DNA of 64,000 bases, taken from Daphnia carinata (Eukaryota). Of this stretch, positions 1 through 14,615 are shown in pieces; the stretch's first letter is position 1; every line of letters begins with the position of its first letter. The DNA lies in assembly GCF_022539665.2 (NCBI RefSeq), contig NC_081331.1, positions 12,524,001 to 12,588,000 of the forward strand, given 5' to 3'. The notes beneath the pieces were generated by a model. That model made no database searches. It saw only the letters and a program-made list of their open reading frames with translations, and was not told the DNA's origin. The position numbers were made by a program, and so were the translations under genes.

Positions 1-2289
1 GTAGGATGTATTTCAGATTCCCCAACGATGAGTTGGTCTGCAAAGCAGTGTCATGCAGCGCACGGATTATATAAAAGAAAACATGTATACAGTAGGTATA
101 TTTATGATTGTTGGGATGTTGACCACCAATGCTCACCTCGATTCAATTATTTTGCACATTGTCTGATGAAGAAGATGCGCTCGTTCAAAGAATTAAAGAA
201 CACTTAATCCACTTGATCTACAAGAGATATAGGAAATTTTTACCAAGAAAAGAAAGAAGCTATAGAGTATTCTATAAGATGTTCATCTCGCTAAGTATAA
301 TAGAACCTGAGAAAGCGAGTGAACCTAATGTCCGGTTTCATCAGATATTCCCATAATTTAGTTAGGATATGGTTTATGCAAGACACGTTGGTTTGAAAGC
401 TCTCGAGAGGTAAGTAATTACATTTTATTTGAATTACTAAACTGTTTAGACAGAAAATAGTTAACCGAGAGGAGCGCGTTGCAACGGTGCGCAAAAAAAA
501 ATCAACTTTGAATTCAATTTCTATAGATCTATAAACCTAGGGCTAATCCTAGCGAAACGGCCTTTTGTGTAGATCTAAGTCTGTCGTTCTAGGTGTCTGA
601 TGAGCTTTGAAGTTATTGAACCGTACCAGCATGCTAGAGGAGCTTCAACATCAACACCCATTCCCTCGACTAAAATTAATTGGATGCCATACACATACAT
701 AGCAGGCAAGGGAATATCTGATTCAAAGAGAGCGTGTTGATGCTAAAGAAATGTATGAGACCATTCAAGACCATTTAACATTGGGTTTACAGATGTGCAG
801 AAAAGAAAATTTAGGTCATTCAGTTAAAGTTTTTTGTGGGATCCGTTTCATGTGTGAATAACACTTTGGACGTTTGCCACGAGAATAGGCTAAATCGTAC
901 TTGGAGATATATAGCGGCCCCCATGGCCTATATACTCGTCAAATTGGGATGAAGGTGCTTTTGGGCAATAATGTTCGCAGTCCATCCGTTCTCTTTACAG
1001 TTGGTAATTTTTTTCCCTATAGACAAGTGTGCCAGGCCATTCACTTAGTCATGCAAGTTTCGCATTCCGTTTCATGGGAAGACAAACGGTGACTGGCGAC
1101 CAAATAAAAATGGAAATAGTTTAGATTGTCGTAAAATCAAACATTCTGTGAGCATCTCAACATACTCGGCAACGATGAGCTTGTCCGCGTTTTCAAGAAA
1201 TGCAAGAAAACCTACAATATAGACAGTTAGTTCCACAAATCTTTAAACGTCTTCCTGTCTTTTGTGCTTTAAAACACAGAAATTTTACCACGTAGAACAT
1301 TCGGGTGCCATGAGATTCCACGTTGCTAGCTTTCAAAAAAGAAAAAGAAGCAGTTACTTGTAGTAGGTATAAGCTTTTCATACTATCGGTATCGCTATGA
1401 GCCTGGCCCGATATCAACATTGAGTATAAACACTTGTTATTGCCCACCTTAAAAATTGACGCCACTTATTGAATCGGCCGCTTTTTTTTACGCATTCAAA
1501 TTTTTTGCAGTCTATACGATGGCAAAACCACAGGCATTGAGAAATGTTGCATTCTCAATTGAAATAGATTGCAATAACGAGTGATATATTCAGTACGTGT
1601 CTTTAAGCACAAAACGAAAAATATGCAAATCATACGACAAGCAACGGATTTCATGAAAGACGTTAAACTCTAGCACCAATAAAGAAATAGCAGAGGACAA
1701 AGATTTGTTTTTCTCAACTTCTAGCCATTGTTTTGACTTTTTTATATAGTCTGATCGTGCTGCTACCACGTATCGATTGTTGCCTTGTGGACTTACATCG
1801 GGCGTCAAAGACGGAGTTACCTTTCTCTTTGTGGCTCTAGTTTTCTCGCTAGAAACATATTATAGACAAGGAAATGCATTTGGTCGTAGACTTCCATTTT
1901 CTAGCTACCCATTCTGCACTGTATAATGTAAGGGCGACAGTGTTTCTTTTTTTCTACTGAAAGGCGAAATTGAAGTTTGTCACGCTCTTTCTTGTCTTGC
2001 CCTAACTTCTTAGAGTAGAAAGTGTTAAACTTTATCTCAACCCATGCTTTTATAGAAAAACTTGTATATAGCGCTCTTCGTAATAAGTTGATCTTACTTG
2101 TTAGGAGAGCTATGAACATCTCGTAACGAGCTCGTGTTGATTATGTCAATGATTAGATAGAAAACATTTCTTTCACCCTGATACTAATTGCTTGTCCAGA
2201 GGTTAGAGAAGACAGAATTCTTAATAGGGCAAAACCAGCCTAAACTTAGATGATACGTAAACTCCCCATTGTTTTGCTTTGCGTTGATT

Positions 2290-2895
2290 TTGAAAAGTAA
2301 TACATGATTTCGATTTAGAATTAAATGCTTATCACGGAAATCAAATTTATTTTCCACGGGGCCTTATAGTTTTTTAGTTAAACGTAAAAAAGGAAAAAAT
2401 AAAAAAAAGTCGGGCTTGTTTAGTCGGGCTTAAAATTTTTTTTTGCAAAAACTTAAAACTCATCGGAATTGGTTGAGTATCACACGATACACTCAAAATT
2501 GGATGCCGATTCCGAGAAAATTGCTATTTTTTATTAAGTCAATCGTTTTTTAAATACACTGAATATTGGACACAATGCTAGCGGGCCAGTACGATACAGC
2601 GCTAGCGTTATGCAGCAGAAATATTCGGTGTATTTCCCAAATGGTTGGCTTGATGAAAAAAAAGCAATTTTTTCTGAATCAGCATTCAATTATGAGTATA
2701 TCTTTTGATATTCAACCAATTCCGATGGGTGTCAGTTTTTGCAGAAAAAAAATTTAAGCCCGACTAAATAAGCCTTTTCTTATTGTTTCGTTTTTTTACG
2801 TTTAATTAAAAAACCATAAGCCCCATTGAAAAATGAACTTGATTTCCGTAATTTTCATTCAATTCTGAATCGGAATCATGTATTTTATATCAAAT
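2290..2895. repeat. Diverged foldback (MITE-like) palindrome, two ~290-bp inverted arms with a short central spacer
   Basis: Left arm (tacatgatttcgatttagaatt...tttagtcgggcttaaaatttttt...catcggaattggttgagtatc...gctagcg) is the diverged reverse complement of the right arm (cgctagc...gatattcaaccaattccgatg...aaatttaagcccgactaaa...aattctgaatcggaatcatgta). A partial third copy lies at ~3108-3162. Confidence 0.8.
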
Positions 2896-4038
2896 CTAAA
2901 TTTTGGCCAAAAATGAAAAAGTGAGAAGGCTATAGCCTTACCACTTTTGACAAAATCTGCCGAAAATAACATCTCTTGGAATCCAATGAAAATCACACAG
3001 TAAAATCACAATTTTACGCTGATTCAGAAAAATTCACTCATTTTCTTGTCACGTTAGTCGTTTTTGAATGACACCCAATATTCGTGCCAAAAATAAGAAA
3101 AGTCGTGCTTATTATTTAGTCGGGCTTAAAATTTTTTCTGAAAAACATGACACGCATCGGAACAATATAATATACTATAACCCACCGCAACAACCAGTAA
3201 TGACTGTATATTATTCAAACATATCATTTACACCTAAAACACGCAATCATTCTCATTGTTATTAGAATTTCATTCATTATCATTGCTACACTACAAAATG
3301 GAAAGTTAGTAGTTAATAGTAGTAATAATTAAGGTCAAGAATTGGAATATAACAAAATAAATAATGTTTACCTATATCTTAATTAAATAAAGTTATTAAT
3401 TTTAAAAAATGTATCTTTATATGGCTATGTTATGTATAAGTCGTATTTAGAGAATTAACTACGAATTTGACCGGTAGATGGCGTTAAGTGCAAAAAGGGA
3501 AAAGAATCCCGAAATTTTTTTTGTGTGTGTATAAAACAGATTGCCATAATCTTTGATGCTGATAAAAGGGGGTAATTTAGCGTTCCGTAGATTGCCGTTC
3601 CATAGAAATCAAATAAATTGCCTTTTAGATCCTCTGTTCCTAATCTTCTACGCTAGATGGCCATAACAACAAAGGACTAAAGAAAAGAGTTGAGCCTGTG
3701 ACGGATCAACAGCCCATGAGTTTCGGCAACCTTTTAACGTTCCAAGGTTATGTAAATTTTCCATAACGTATTGAAACTTCCTAGCTACTTTCGCTGAGCA
3801 GAAACTGAAGGCAAACTAAAATCCACGTCTAGAAAACACTTTCATGGTCAACAACAAACGGATATGATCTAAGTTTTTAATGCAAACTGTGTTAAAGGTA
3901 AATACACACAACCAGTTTCTTTTCTTGCATTGGTCATTTCAGTCAAGTGATTTCCCCACCTTATCAAGTCATATTGTTATTTTATACCATGATGTGTCTT
4001 TGTTTGTGGGATGGTAACCTTTTTTTCAACCATTTAGG

Positions 4039-5656
4039 ATGAGTGTGGACATCGATACAGAAGTCATTGTTTCCGTACCAGATTCCCCTATCATCCAGCT
4101 TTCCAACACAAAACTGCTGGAAGATAAAGATGATTATAATACATCTGATGTCCTACTGGAACTCAAGGAAATTCCATATGTTGACTGTGATATAAAAAAT
4201 GAAGAGCCCCATGAAACAGATGTGCTGTTGGATTCTGAGGGGGCATGTGCTTTGAATACAGAAAACACAGCTGAAATTGTTCGGGATGAATCAGATCTCA
4301 ACCGCTTGTGCCATGAATTGAAGAAGAAACGTGGATCCACCATTGATGTGGTTAACTGTGATGATACCACTGAGTCAAGTGATTCAGGCAGCGTAGATCA
4401 ATTATCACTTCAGGAGTTACCTGGAGGTCAATTGACCATTTCAAAAAATGCTGATGCAGAAGATACTGCTATTGAAATTGAGGAAGATAACGAGCTGTTT
4501 GATTTTCGGGAGATGGCTGCTGGTGCGATGCGCCACGCAGAGGAATTAGTTCGGCGAATGCTTTTGCACGTCTCGTGGACTATTTGCCATTTCCACGCTC
4601 TTCCCAAATGGCTTCAGGATAATGACTTTATATGGCAGGGATATAGACCACCCCTACCTTCATTCTGGGATTGCATCAAAAGCATCTTTAGCATTCATAC
4701 AGAAACAGGCAATATATGGACCCACATGCTTGGTAAGATCAACACCGTCACTTCATTCTCCTTGACTGCAATTTCTAGGTTGTTACTTTGATACATTTCC
4801 TTTCTAAGGTTGCATTGCCTTCCTGGGCGTTGGCGCATTCTTCCTCAGTTGCTCTGAAGAAGAGATACGCAACGAGGACAAGCTAGTCTTCACCGCTTTC
4901 TTTACGGGGGCCTGCGTTTGCCTCGGTCTTTCCACCTGTTTTCACACGTTCCTCTGTCATTCAGAGTGGGCTGGTCAACTGTTCAGCAAACTGGACTACG
5001 TTGGTATAGCGCTGTTGATCATGGGTTCTTTCGTCCCATGGTTGTATTACAGCTTTTACTGCGACTTCTGGCCACGTATTGTGTATGTCTGCGTTGAGAT
5101 CGTCCTTGGTCTCTCGTCCATCATCATTTCGCTATGGCCTAGATTCGGAGAACCAAGATATAGATTCCTTCGAGCAGGTTATTAGCGTTCCCACTTCCAC
5201 CCTTCCGTTTTATGCAATCTTTTCACCTTATTCATTTACTTGCTCTTGTAGGAGTATTTCTGTGCTTCGGATTGAGTGGAGTTGTTCCGGCTGTTCACTA
5301 TTCAGTGCAAGAGGGCTGGCTGAAAGCCCTAAATCAGGCTTCGCTGGGCTGGCTTATCTTGATGGGTCTACTCTACATCCTGGGCACCATGTTCTACGCC
5401 TTGCGAATTCCCGAACGCTTTTTCCCGGGAAAATTTGATATTTGGGTTAAGTTAAACAAATATCAATTTAAAACTTGCATTTTTAAATGGAACAGTAATG
5501 ACGTGTTTGGGCCTGTAGTTCCAAAGCCATCAAATCTTTCACGTTTTCGTGGTAGCTGCAGCCTTTGTCCACTATCATGGAATTTCCGAGATGGCTATGC
5601 ATCGGCTGACTATAGGAGAATGTCCTCCACCACCTGTCGGCGAATTGCGTTTTTAG
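4039..5656 (+). CDS. AdipoR: Adiponectin receptor (PAQR family), 4 coding exons: 4039-4732, 4809-5177, 5252-5445, 5519-5656
   Basis: PAQR motifs LPKWLQDNDF..GYRPP, IHTETGNIWTH, SKLDYVGIALLIMGSFVPWLYY, RIPERFFPGKFDIWFQSHQIFH; GT-AG splicing keeps the frame to a TAG at 5654-5656. Confidence 0.95.
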
Positions 5657-6205
5657 TTCCCACAAGAATACATCAAGCGCGTCAATACCAACTGTGGATT
5701 AGTGTACAACTAAAGTTTCTTAAAATGTAGAGTTATTTTAAGGTTCAACGTTTTCTCGGTTTACGTAGCTCACCATCGTTCGGAAACTTGTCTCAACTTT
5801 TTTACCATTGCCATTACTACTTAAAACAGTGAAGATATTCGTTATTTTGAGATCTGATTCGATGGTGTTAGTATCATTTAAAATGGCAATTCGGCATGGA
5901 TTTTGTACAAACGTTACTCTTTTACGTTATTTAGAATTTCCTTCTTTTAGCTACTTCTTGTTTTGCCTATCGTTGGCTCTATTTGTGTTATTTTAGAACA
6001 CCCATTATTGGTTAGCCCAGCACATAAAATATACTCCCCCATTTGAGCCGGTGTTACCTCGGAATGGGAATTCCGACAGCAAATACCATATCTTTTAAGA
6101 GAAGCTGAAAATATATATACTATCAGAAATACATGTGTTGATTACGTGTCAAACGAATGATTTCTTGTATGCCCATTTAAAAAAACAACCACATAGTATT
6201 AGAAC

Positions 6206-9200
6206 TTACAGATACAGGCTGGCAGCAAAGATGATATCACGTTTTATAAGCTTAATTCCTTCGCTGAACTTGTTCTCCAACTCGGTATTTCCTATACTCT
6301 TGGATGCCTGGACCATCTGTCTGAGCAATTCTTCTAACCGCCTCATGCACCGAATAATGCTTCCTGCATAATTTTTTTTTCATAGATTAGCAAATACCAT
6401 TTACTCTATTTCAAGTTGAGCAAATTACCTTCAAAAAGATCTGTCATTTTACAGATTTCACCAAACGAAGCTCCGCGACACCACGCCGCCACGAGATCCA
6501 TCATATAAGGTTTGAATTTTTCAACATACTCGTCTTCCTCGAGCTCCAACTTAGCTTCCACCGATACTTTAGCGATTCTTCGGGCCAGATCTTGCATTTG
6601 CTTCAGTGGGCCGGACAACGCTTCTGACAGTTTAGGCATTTCGTTTGATTTTTCATCGCAGACAAAGCAACTGAGCAAAGCAGCCGTCTGAGTCACATCA
6701 AGTGCATTGAAGAGGCCGTTGAAGATCATTTCAGTAAGCAAGAGCTCGTCTGCACTTGAGAGCTCGCAAGCCACTCGACCTTTCAGTTCAATCACATCCG
6801 CTGCCGTGCAGTAGCCTAGGCGACGCAAAACGCGCTTACGGCATTTCAGCTCCGTCATTTGCAAAAGCGACTTGGCTTTCTTCAGTTCGTCTTTTGCGTG
6901 TTTTAACTGAGCCACCAACTATTGAATTGGAATAAATGATGGTAATTCAGATTACTTTTGCGTATTTACTATAATACCCCTTGTTTATCGTGGTAAAGCT
7001 GGCAAAGGGACTCGACTTTAGTATCACGATGGAGTTGGTGGGCTGTCAAACGCTCTTCGAAAGCTCTCGATCGTTGCATCATTTCTATGAAATCCTTGTC
7101 TTTGATATGCATGTCCTTGACCGGATCCAGTAGTGGAACGCCGTTTGGGAAGCGTCTGTGAACTTCCTATATTTCAACGCCGAGACTGTAGGTTGCTGAA
7201 AACATTTACATGAACATGTGTTAACGCTGATACCTGTATCCTTTTGTACACTTCCATACGGTTGTCGAGCGGACGAAGGTCTTCGTTAAAGTAAAGGCGG
7301 ACTGAGCTAATCTTAGTGATCAAGTTAAGGAAACAGGGGACTACGCGCATCTCTCCGTCTTCTTTGGGTCCACAAGGCTTCAATGCTGACACTACTTTAC
7401 TTTCGGTACTGGCTTTGGAGATGTACATCAGGACACTGACAACGTATGATGCATCAAGGTCTTTCGTTGTACTGTCATCGCTCTTTCCCACTAAATTTTC
7501 TTTTTTGTAATCAACTATGATACCCCAACCAAAATCATCTCCCTTGTTTTTTATCTAATAACAAGTACGTAGGACTGTAGAAACAGTATTATGGAAACAT
7601 ATTGTACGATATGACTCACGTGAACCATGCGTCCAGCTTGCAGAAACGGAACTATGTACTGAGGTTTCACTATGTACTTATGAAGACCATCATTCAGGTT
7701 GGCAAGTTGCTGTCGAATAGTGTAATAGGAAGAAACATTCTCTTCTTGCGGAACTGAGAATTTCTTCAGATCTTTTTCTTTCTGTTTCACATCTGTATGG
7801 AGAAAACAAAATCATTTATCATTAGAGATGTTAAGAAATAAGAAGAAAAAAACCGACTTACTTTCGACTAAATGTGGGATGGCAGCATACTGCTGAAACT
7901 GGAAAAAGGAACGTTCCAGCATGTACTCTGGGTTAATTTCCTCGACGCGTAGCAAGTTAAGAACCATATTATAGGTAAGGTGGAACGCCGAGTTGAGAAG
8001 GTCTGCTTGGCCTTTAACCAAATTGCGACCAACAGCTGGGCTCATCTTTTCGTCGATCATCAAAATGACAATACCTTTCTCATCGAGACCACGACGACCA
8101 GCACGACCTGACATCTGAATGTATTCTCCGGAAGAAATCTAGTGGGAAACATACCAGTTTAACAAACGTTGAAAAACTATCTGGAAATAGAAAAGGTTTT
8201 ACCCATCGATTCTCTTTGCCGTCAAACTTGCGAGCATTTGTGAAAAACACCGTACGAGCAGGCATGTTGAGGCCCATGGCAAACGTTTCCGTAGCGAAAA
8301 GAGCCTTGATAAGTCCCTCAGAGAATAAGATTTCTACGGTCTCTTTCAAAATTGGTAGCAACCCTTAATTCAACAAATTTTCATTAGATTGATGATACAT
8401 ATTGCTAGTAAAATGTGTTACCTCCGTGGTGAATGCCGATGCCACGTTTCAACAGAGGTAGGACTTGCTCCACCTGGGGCAGTTTACGATCTTCCTCAGA
8501 CAAAACTTCCATAGCATTTTGGAAGACTTCGCCCACTAATTTTTTCTCTTCGTTCGAATTAAAATCCAACTTGGCCATTTGCAGCGCGTAAAATTCACAT
8601 TCCTTTTTGCTAAAGCTGAAGACAATCACAGGAGAAAAGTTCTTTTCCATGATCATCTTGATGATTTTAAAGCAACTCGAGTTGGCTTCGCCGCCCTTGA
8701 CTCCCCCACGTCGACCTCGCTTGTCGCCTGATGCTGCATCTCCGACGTTATGCAATACCGCCATCGCTTCATTAAAGTTATCCTCTCGAAACTGACCCTA
8801 AACGCAATTATAGGTAACAAGTTCTGGAATGATATCAAATGAAAACGGACACTAACCCATTCGTTACCTTTTCGTCGACAACGAGGTGAATGCCTTCGCC
8901 CCCGGGGAAAATGTAGTGTTGAAGGGGAACAGGACGATAGTCGGTGTACACGACGTGACATGGTTGTTTGTGCAAATGGCAAATCCATTCTGCAAACTGA
9001 CGCGCATTAGGAATGGTGGCTGAAAGAAAGACAAAATGGACATTGTCTGGTAACAAGATAATAGTTTCTTCCCAGACTACACCACGCTCCTTGTCTCTCA
9101 TGTAGTGAATTTCGTCGAAAACAACCCAGGCCACTTCACGCACAACTTCTGAGCCACGATAGAGCATACTCCTAAGAATCTACGAAAAGACAGGTGTCTA

Positions 9201-10013
9201 CTTTTATTGGTTTGATACGTACGCAAAAAAGAAAAACAAACCTCAGTTGTCATGATCAAGCAAGAAGCTGTGGGGTTGATGGTGACATCTCCTGTCATCA
9301 GTCCTACATCTTTAAATTCTTCTGAAAATTCTCGGTACTTTTGGTTACTCAAAGCTTTGATGGGAGTTGTGTAAATGACACGCTGCTTCTCTTTCAGGGA
9401 CATGGCAATTGCATATCTAAACAAAGAAAACACATCAAGTACCAAAGGTATAGTGAAATTGAAATGCAAATGATAACCTACTCTGCAACAACTGTTTTAC
9501 CAGCTGAAGTGTGGGCTGATACCAGTACTGATTGTGAATTCTGCAAACAGAGAATTGCTTCTTTTTGAAAAGGATCTAAAACAAAAGGGTACTCCTTAGC
9601 AGGAGGGCCAGAATATGGTCGCAATGGAGCGTAATCAGTATCTGGAGGTACAGCAACTTCATGAGTACACTGCTCTATTGTCTCAAGTGTGTGAATTGCT
9701 ATCCTTGGTCCCGACATAAGAATTTTGTCATCAACTATATTTTCATCTTCAACAGTCTCCATTTTGGAAGTTTTTGCTTGAGGAGATCCATCACCGTCTG
9801 TCGTTGTTTTGTGACGTTTGAGACTGGCAACAGGTCCTTCAATTTGTTCACTAGATTGCAAAGTAAGTGAGCCTTAGCTTTCCGTAGGAATCATTCAGTT
9901 AACTGGCATTACCTTGATTCTGGCTTGCTAACATTTTTGCTGGTTCCAACGAACGATCTTGTCACGGTAGATTCCTCGCTAAAAACGCTGAAGAGGTCGT
10001 CAATATTGTCCAT
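6206..10013 (-). CDS. Mtr4: Exosome RNA helicase Mtr4 (SKIV2L2/MTREX), multi-exon
   Basis: AHTSAGKT (motif I), DEIHYMRD (DExH), [16 protein letters not shown]-terminal [12 protein letters not shown]; start [11 protein letters not shown] at 10013. Confidence 0.95.
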
Positions 10014-10788
10014 TTTCACCTAGCCCTAAAAATTTTTGCGTACGTTTACTTGGCAAAAAATACAGAATTCACATTGGCATTAGAGCCATCAGCCATGTGC
10101 TAAAACAGATGAAATTTCGTCTGCTACTGGCATCTGACTTCACTTGAGTTAGAAAGTTCAATACGGCAATGCCGCATAACGCTCAGTTCTCTTTTAAATA
10201 CTTTCAAATCACTATCGTCATTCAAATTAAGAAAAATAATAATGATAAAAAAGAAAATTCCTAAGTAAGCTTCTTCTCTGAGCAGTAATTAACATACCAC
10301 AAAAATTGGGTCCGATCGTCGCATTATCTATAGCTATCCGAAAATAATGAACGCCGGGAAACCGAATGCATACAGTCTCTCTGAGTTAATACTAGATATG
10401 GTGCAAAATAATGGCAAATTGGAATTGTAACCATTGTATTCGTCAATGTCATCACAGTGCGTGCGTAATTAGCTGTCATACCAGCTTGATTGATAAGAAA
10501 GCAGGGTGCAAAACACCAGGCCAAGAATGTCGCCCTGGCAGTCAACAAGACGGACGGGACGTCAATTTTGCAGTCTACCCCTGTATGGAACAGTTCGTAT
10601 CAAGTGGAAACAGTATACAAGAATGGTACAGGACTTAGAACTGTGTAAAGATGTTTTCAGAAGTTAATCCATTCACGAGATGATCTCATTATTTCTTAGC
10701 TACGAGCAAGGCATTATTTGAGTTTTGATTCCTCTCCTCTATTATTTTTTGTTTTTATTTTCTATATTATCCAGTTCTCGTTTCCTTT

Positions 10789-13267
10789 TCAACTTCTTCT
10801 CGCTTGATCTCCCTCGGTTTCGCTCTTGCCAGATTCGCTTTTACGCTGGAAAACAGTGTTCCATGGTTGTTCTTCTCCAGATCCCAACATGGTGTAGGCA
10901 ACGAATTCAACGAGATAAACCGCAGCCGATGTGTAAAAAATGATTTTCCATTGACCCAACGTTTGCTAATATAAGGAAAAGGCGAAAATGTTTAACCGAA
11001 AACCAGCTAAGGTATTTGTAAATAAAATTGACTGACATTTCCGTGCGTTAAATGGCCGACAAACGCGGGAACGAGGAAACCAGGAACAGTAGCCGCCGTG
11101 TTTGTTAGAGCCATTAGGGTGCCTGCATAATTTGGTGCAATGTCAACGTGGTTGGTGAGGAAGCCGCAATACGTTCCAGCAATGAACATTGTGCTGACAG
11201 TCATCAAAGCTACGGCAGCTTGGCGATTACATCCAACCAAACTGACGCCGACAAAACAAGCGGCAGGAATAATGGATGCTGATTTGCGACATTTAAATTT
11301 TAACAATTATTGTGAAATTTTTGTTTTTGGTTTTGACCTATCGAAAGTTTGGCGAGATAACACAGAAACTCACCAATGGCTGTAGATAATTTTCTGACTG
11401 TCGTTGTGCTGATCCATCCTTTGTTTTTTGCCCAATCTAAACGATTGCTCCAAATGATACTGAATATCCATAGACTCAAATAGGGAATTGCAGATAGTCC
11501 AGCATTCTTTTGTAAAACCATAATATTTTACGAGCTAATAAGATTGGAATATCTTAATATTTTAATCACCTCACTGATATTGAAACGCAAAATGGCCTTC
11601 ATATATGTGGGTAGTTCAACCAACAACATGTACCACCCAAAATTGGCGCACGTATGAGCAATAAAAATAGCCCAAAATGGACCTGATGTTGCAATAGCTC
11701 TCCACGGCACAGTTAAATTCTATCACATCGAAAAAGATTATTATAACTGTCTCATTAAAATCTTTAAGATCGCTTGAGTTAAATTTTTAATGCTCAGTTG
11801 TTAAATACCGAATAACCACCGCTCTTATGATGAGATTGATCTTTGTCGTCCAGGTTGGCTGATAAAGATTTGGAATCAAGATCCCCGTTTTCCAATTTTG
11901 CTTCGCATGTCATTTCCTCGTTTCCCTGATCACCGTGTCCCCTGCTGCATGCACGAAAAAGTTCTAATTCTTCTGGATGGATGCGCGGATGGTCCTGCGG
12001 CGAGTCGTAGACGAAGATGAGCCACAAAACGCACCAGATCATGGCCAGGCCACCTTGGACGTAGAAAACCGATTCCCAGCCACTGACAGCCGCCAGCATG
12101 CCAGAAAATGGAAGGGAAAGTACCGTCCCCAATGCCATTCCTGTGAAGCCACAGAGTTTAAATGAGGTAAGGTGCCCTCTCTTGTTAGAAGTGTCTTACC
12201 AGCATAGACCAAAGAAGACATCAAGTTGCGCTCTTGCGGTAAAACCCATTTGGTCAACATAACGTGGACGGCTGGAGGTGACATTCCCTATAATTAATTA
12301 ACAAAAAAGCGTAATCTTACACACGGATTTGAAGGTTTCCATTGAGTGAATATGGCCAAGCCAAAAGACTCACAGCGCCCAGTCCTTCAATGAAACGGGC
12401 AACGAGGACAGCGATGTAACTTATGTGGGCAGCCAACGGTGTTAAAATGGTGAATACGACATTGATGAGGACTGAAATCCAAATGACCCACTTGGCGGAG
12501 TATTTTTCAGCTATCCTTGCACCGGGAATCTGAGTAAGAATGTAACCCCAGAAGTATGCCCCCAAAACCAAGCCTTGGACATTCTCTGGCCACGCAAAAG
12601 GTCCATCCTATATTCGTGAACGATTTTCGAAGAGTTAGAATTCAAGCAATGCCAGCCAATTCATTAGTACAAAAGAAAACAAAAATCTGCTCGTAGTTGA
12701 TCGAACCTGTATATAGGAGGTTTTGTTTGATTCGGAAAAAGGATCATGGCAAGCAAATTCAGATGATCCGCTTCTAATGCCGTAAGCCAACGAATGATTC
12801 TTTTCAGACAGATAACCTTCGTTGGCCACCGACTCTGCTCTAAGTTCCGTAGAATTAATCTGATATTTCAAAAAATCAAGAAAGACCGCTATATGTGGTT
12901 ACGCGTTGGAGCGTGGTTTGAATTACGCTTACCATTACAACGATTGCCACACTCAGATTAACCTATTAAGTTATTTGGATTTCCCGACATGTCAACAAAT
13001 AATCACAACATTAGATACACATTTCCGTTTACATTTTGGAAGAATGATGGGAAAACAGGCTGGCTTATCGATAAATACCTTCAATCCATAAATGACGGCC
13101 AAGGCAATAGACACTAATGCCGTAAAGATGTAACGAGATGGTACAAATACTGAAAAATGAAGAAAAAAACGTGATTACTTATTAATGCTTTTACTTAGCT
13201 TGGTATTTCGATCTCATTGTGGTTAGGCCACAAAACCGTTTGGCTTCGTACATTTTCGTGTTGCCAT
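10789..13267 (-). CDS. SLC17/sialin-like MFS anion (phosphate/organic anion) transporter, tandem copy 1
   Basis: Exons MATRK | FVPSRYIFTAL..IYGLK | [10 protein letters not shown] | ... [52 protein letters not shown]; stop at 10789-10791. Confidence 0.9.
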
Positions 13268-14615
13268 TTTTCGTTATCGGATATTAACGCTCTTGCAGCC
13301 ACGATGGATCATTCAAAGATAATGGTAGCAAAAACCAGATCTAGCGGAAACGAACGATATAGGTAATAGTTTCTTTAATGCAGAACCGTTGAAGGCGTCT
13401 GCTTCGTTTTAACAGTGCGGATCTTCTACAAACCCTTGTCCGTTGACCGTAGGTGTAATAGGTAGTGCGCTTTTATATAAATAATGATTATTGTAGCCCT
13501 ACTAAGTAGCAATCTAAAAGCTGATTGGCTGACGCCTAGATGATGTAACCAACACAGGAATATGACCTCAGTTCTTAATTGTAAATCTAGCCAAAAACTG
13601 TTAAACCCGTCAACCAACAACACAAGTTATTAAAATTTTATTTTGTTTGGCTTGGCACGCCCTAAAAACACCTTATCGTGGTCGATAACTAGTTCTCAAA
13701 AGGAATTTCTTTTAACTTTATTCAGCATAATTTTATAGTCTCTGCACGGCTTCCGGTGTTGATAAATATGGCTCAGCAATTAGCAGCATCGGCTCATTTA
13801 GTTCTATCTGGTTTCCGGTAGCTTAACAAGAGCTTTTTTACGCAATAAATTCCATTTATTAATGATAAAAATATGAGCTGAGAAAATAACTGTTTCTTAC
13901 AGGAAAAGAAACTTTCCGATGACATAAGAAAGTATTTTTACCTTAAAACGCGTTAACATTATATGTTCGAAAACTGACATACTTTCTATTGGTATCAATG
14001 AACTTACCCTTTTCGGAGAACTGACCTCCTATGTTAAAAATACATTGGTCATCACCACAAAAAAACGTGACTTGACTTTACGATAACTAATGGATCTTTA
14101 GGGCCTACCACAACACTTATCACAACGCACTGCATAGAGATTTGAGATTGGAATTCGTATTCCGATAGATCACGTTTAGACTAATGATGGTTTTCATAAT
14201 GATTCATTTATTTTAGTTTAGTCACGTTACAAAAGATCCAGAAAAAGAAAAACACGTGAGTCTCGTAGACATCAGACTGTGACATCACGGGGTTATCAGG
14301 GACATCAAAATATTTCTCAATAGTTCAACAGCCATTTCCACCTTTGTTATCGTTTTTTTTTTTGTTGTTGTCGCGTGGACAACTTAAAGCAAAATGAAAG
14401 CTTGCCACAGCTGCCCATGCACAAGAATGCGCATGCAAATACAATATGACACAGTTTACAAACTGAAAGGGGGTATTGCTTCGAGTAAAACAAGTTTAAG
14501 ATATCACAGAGTGTAATTGAAACTCCAGGCCTGTAGGGAATCGCCTATAGTACGTTGTTGAGTGTTCCCTGCTAATGCTATTAGATGGTGTTTAACTTAC
14601 CAATCTCAGTGAAAA

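Noticed and set aside
1..2200. Stop-interrupted coding-like stretches (e.g. FPRLKLIGCHTHT*QA, loosely like the MULE CxxH motif)
   Set aside because: Too short and frame-ambiguous to assign; may be a TE or pseudogene relic but cannot be supported without a search.
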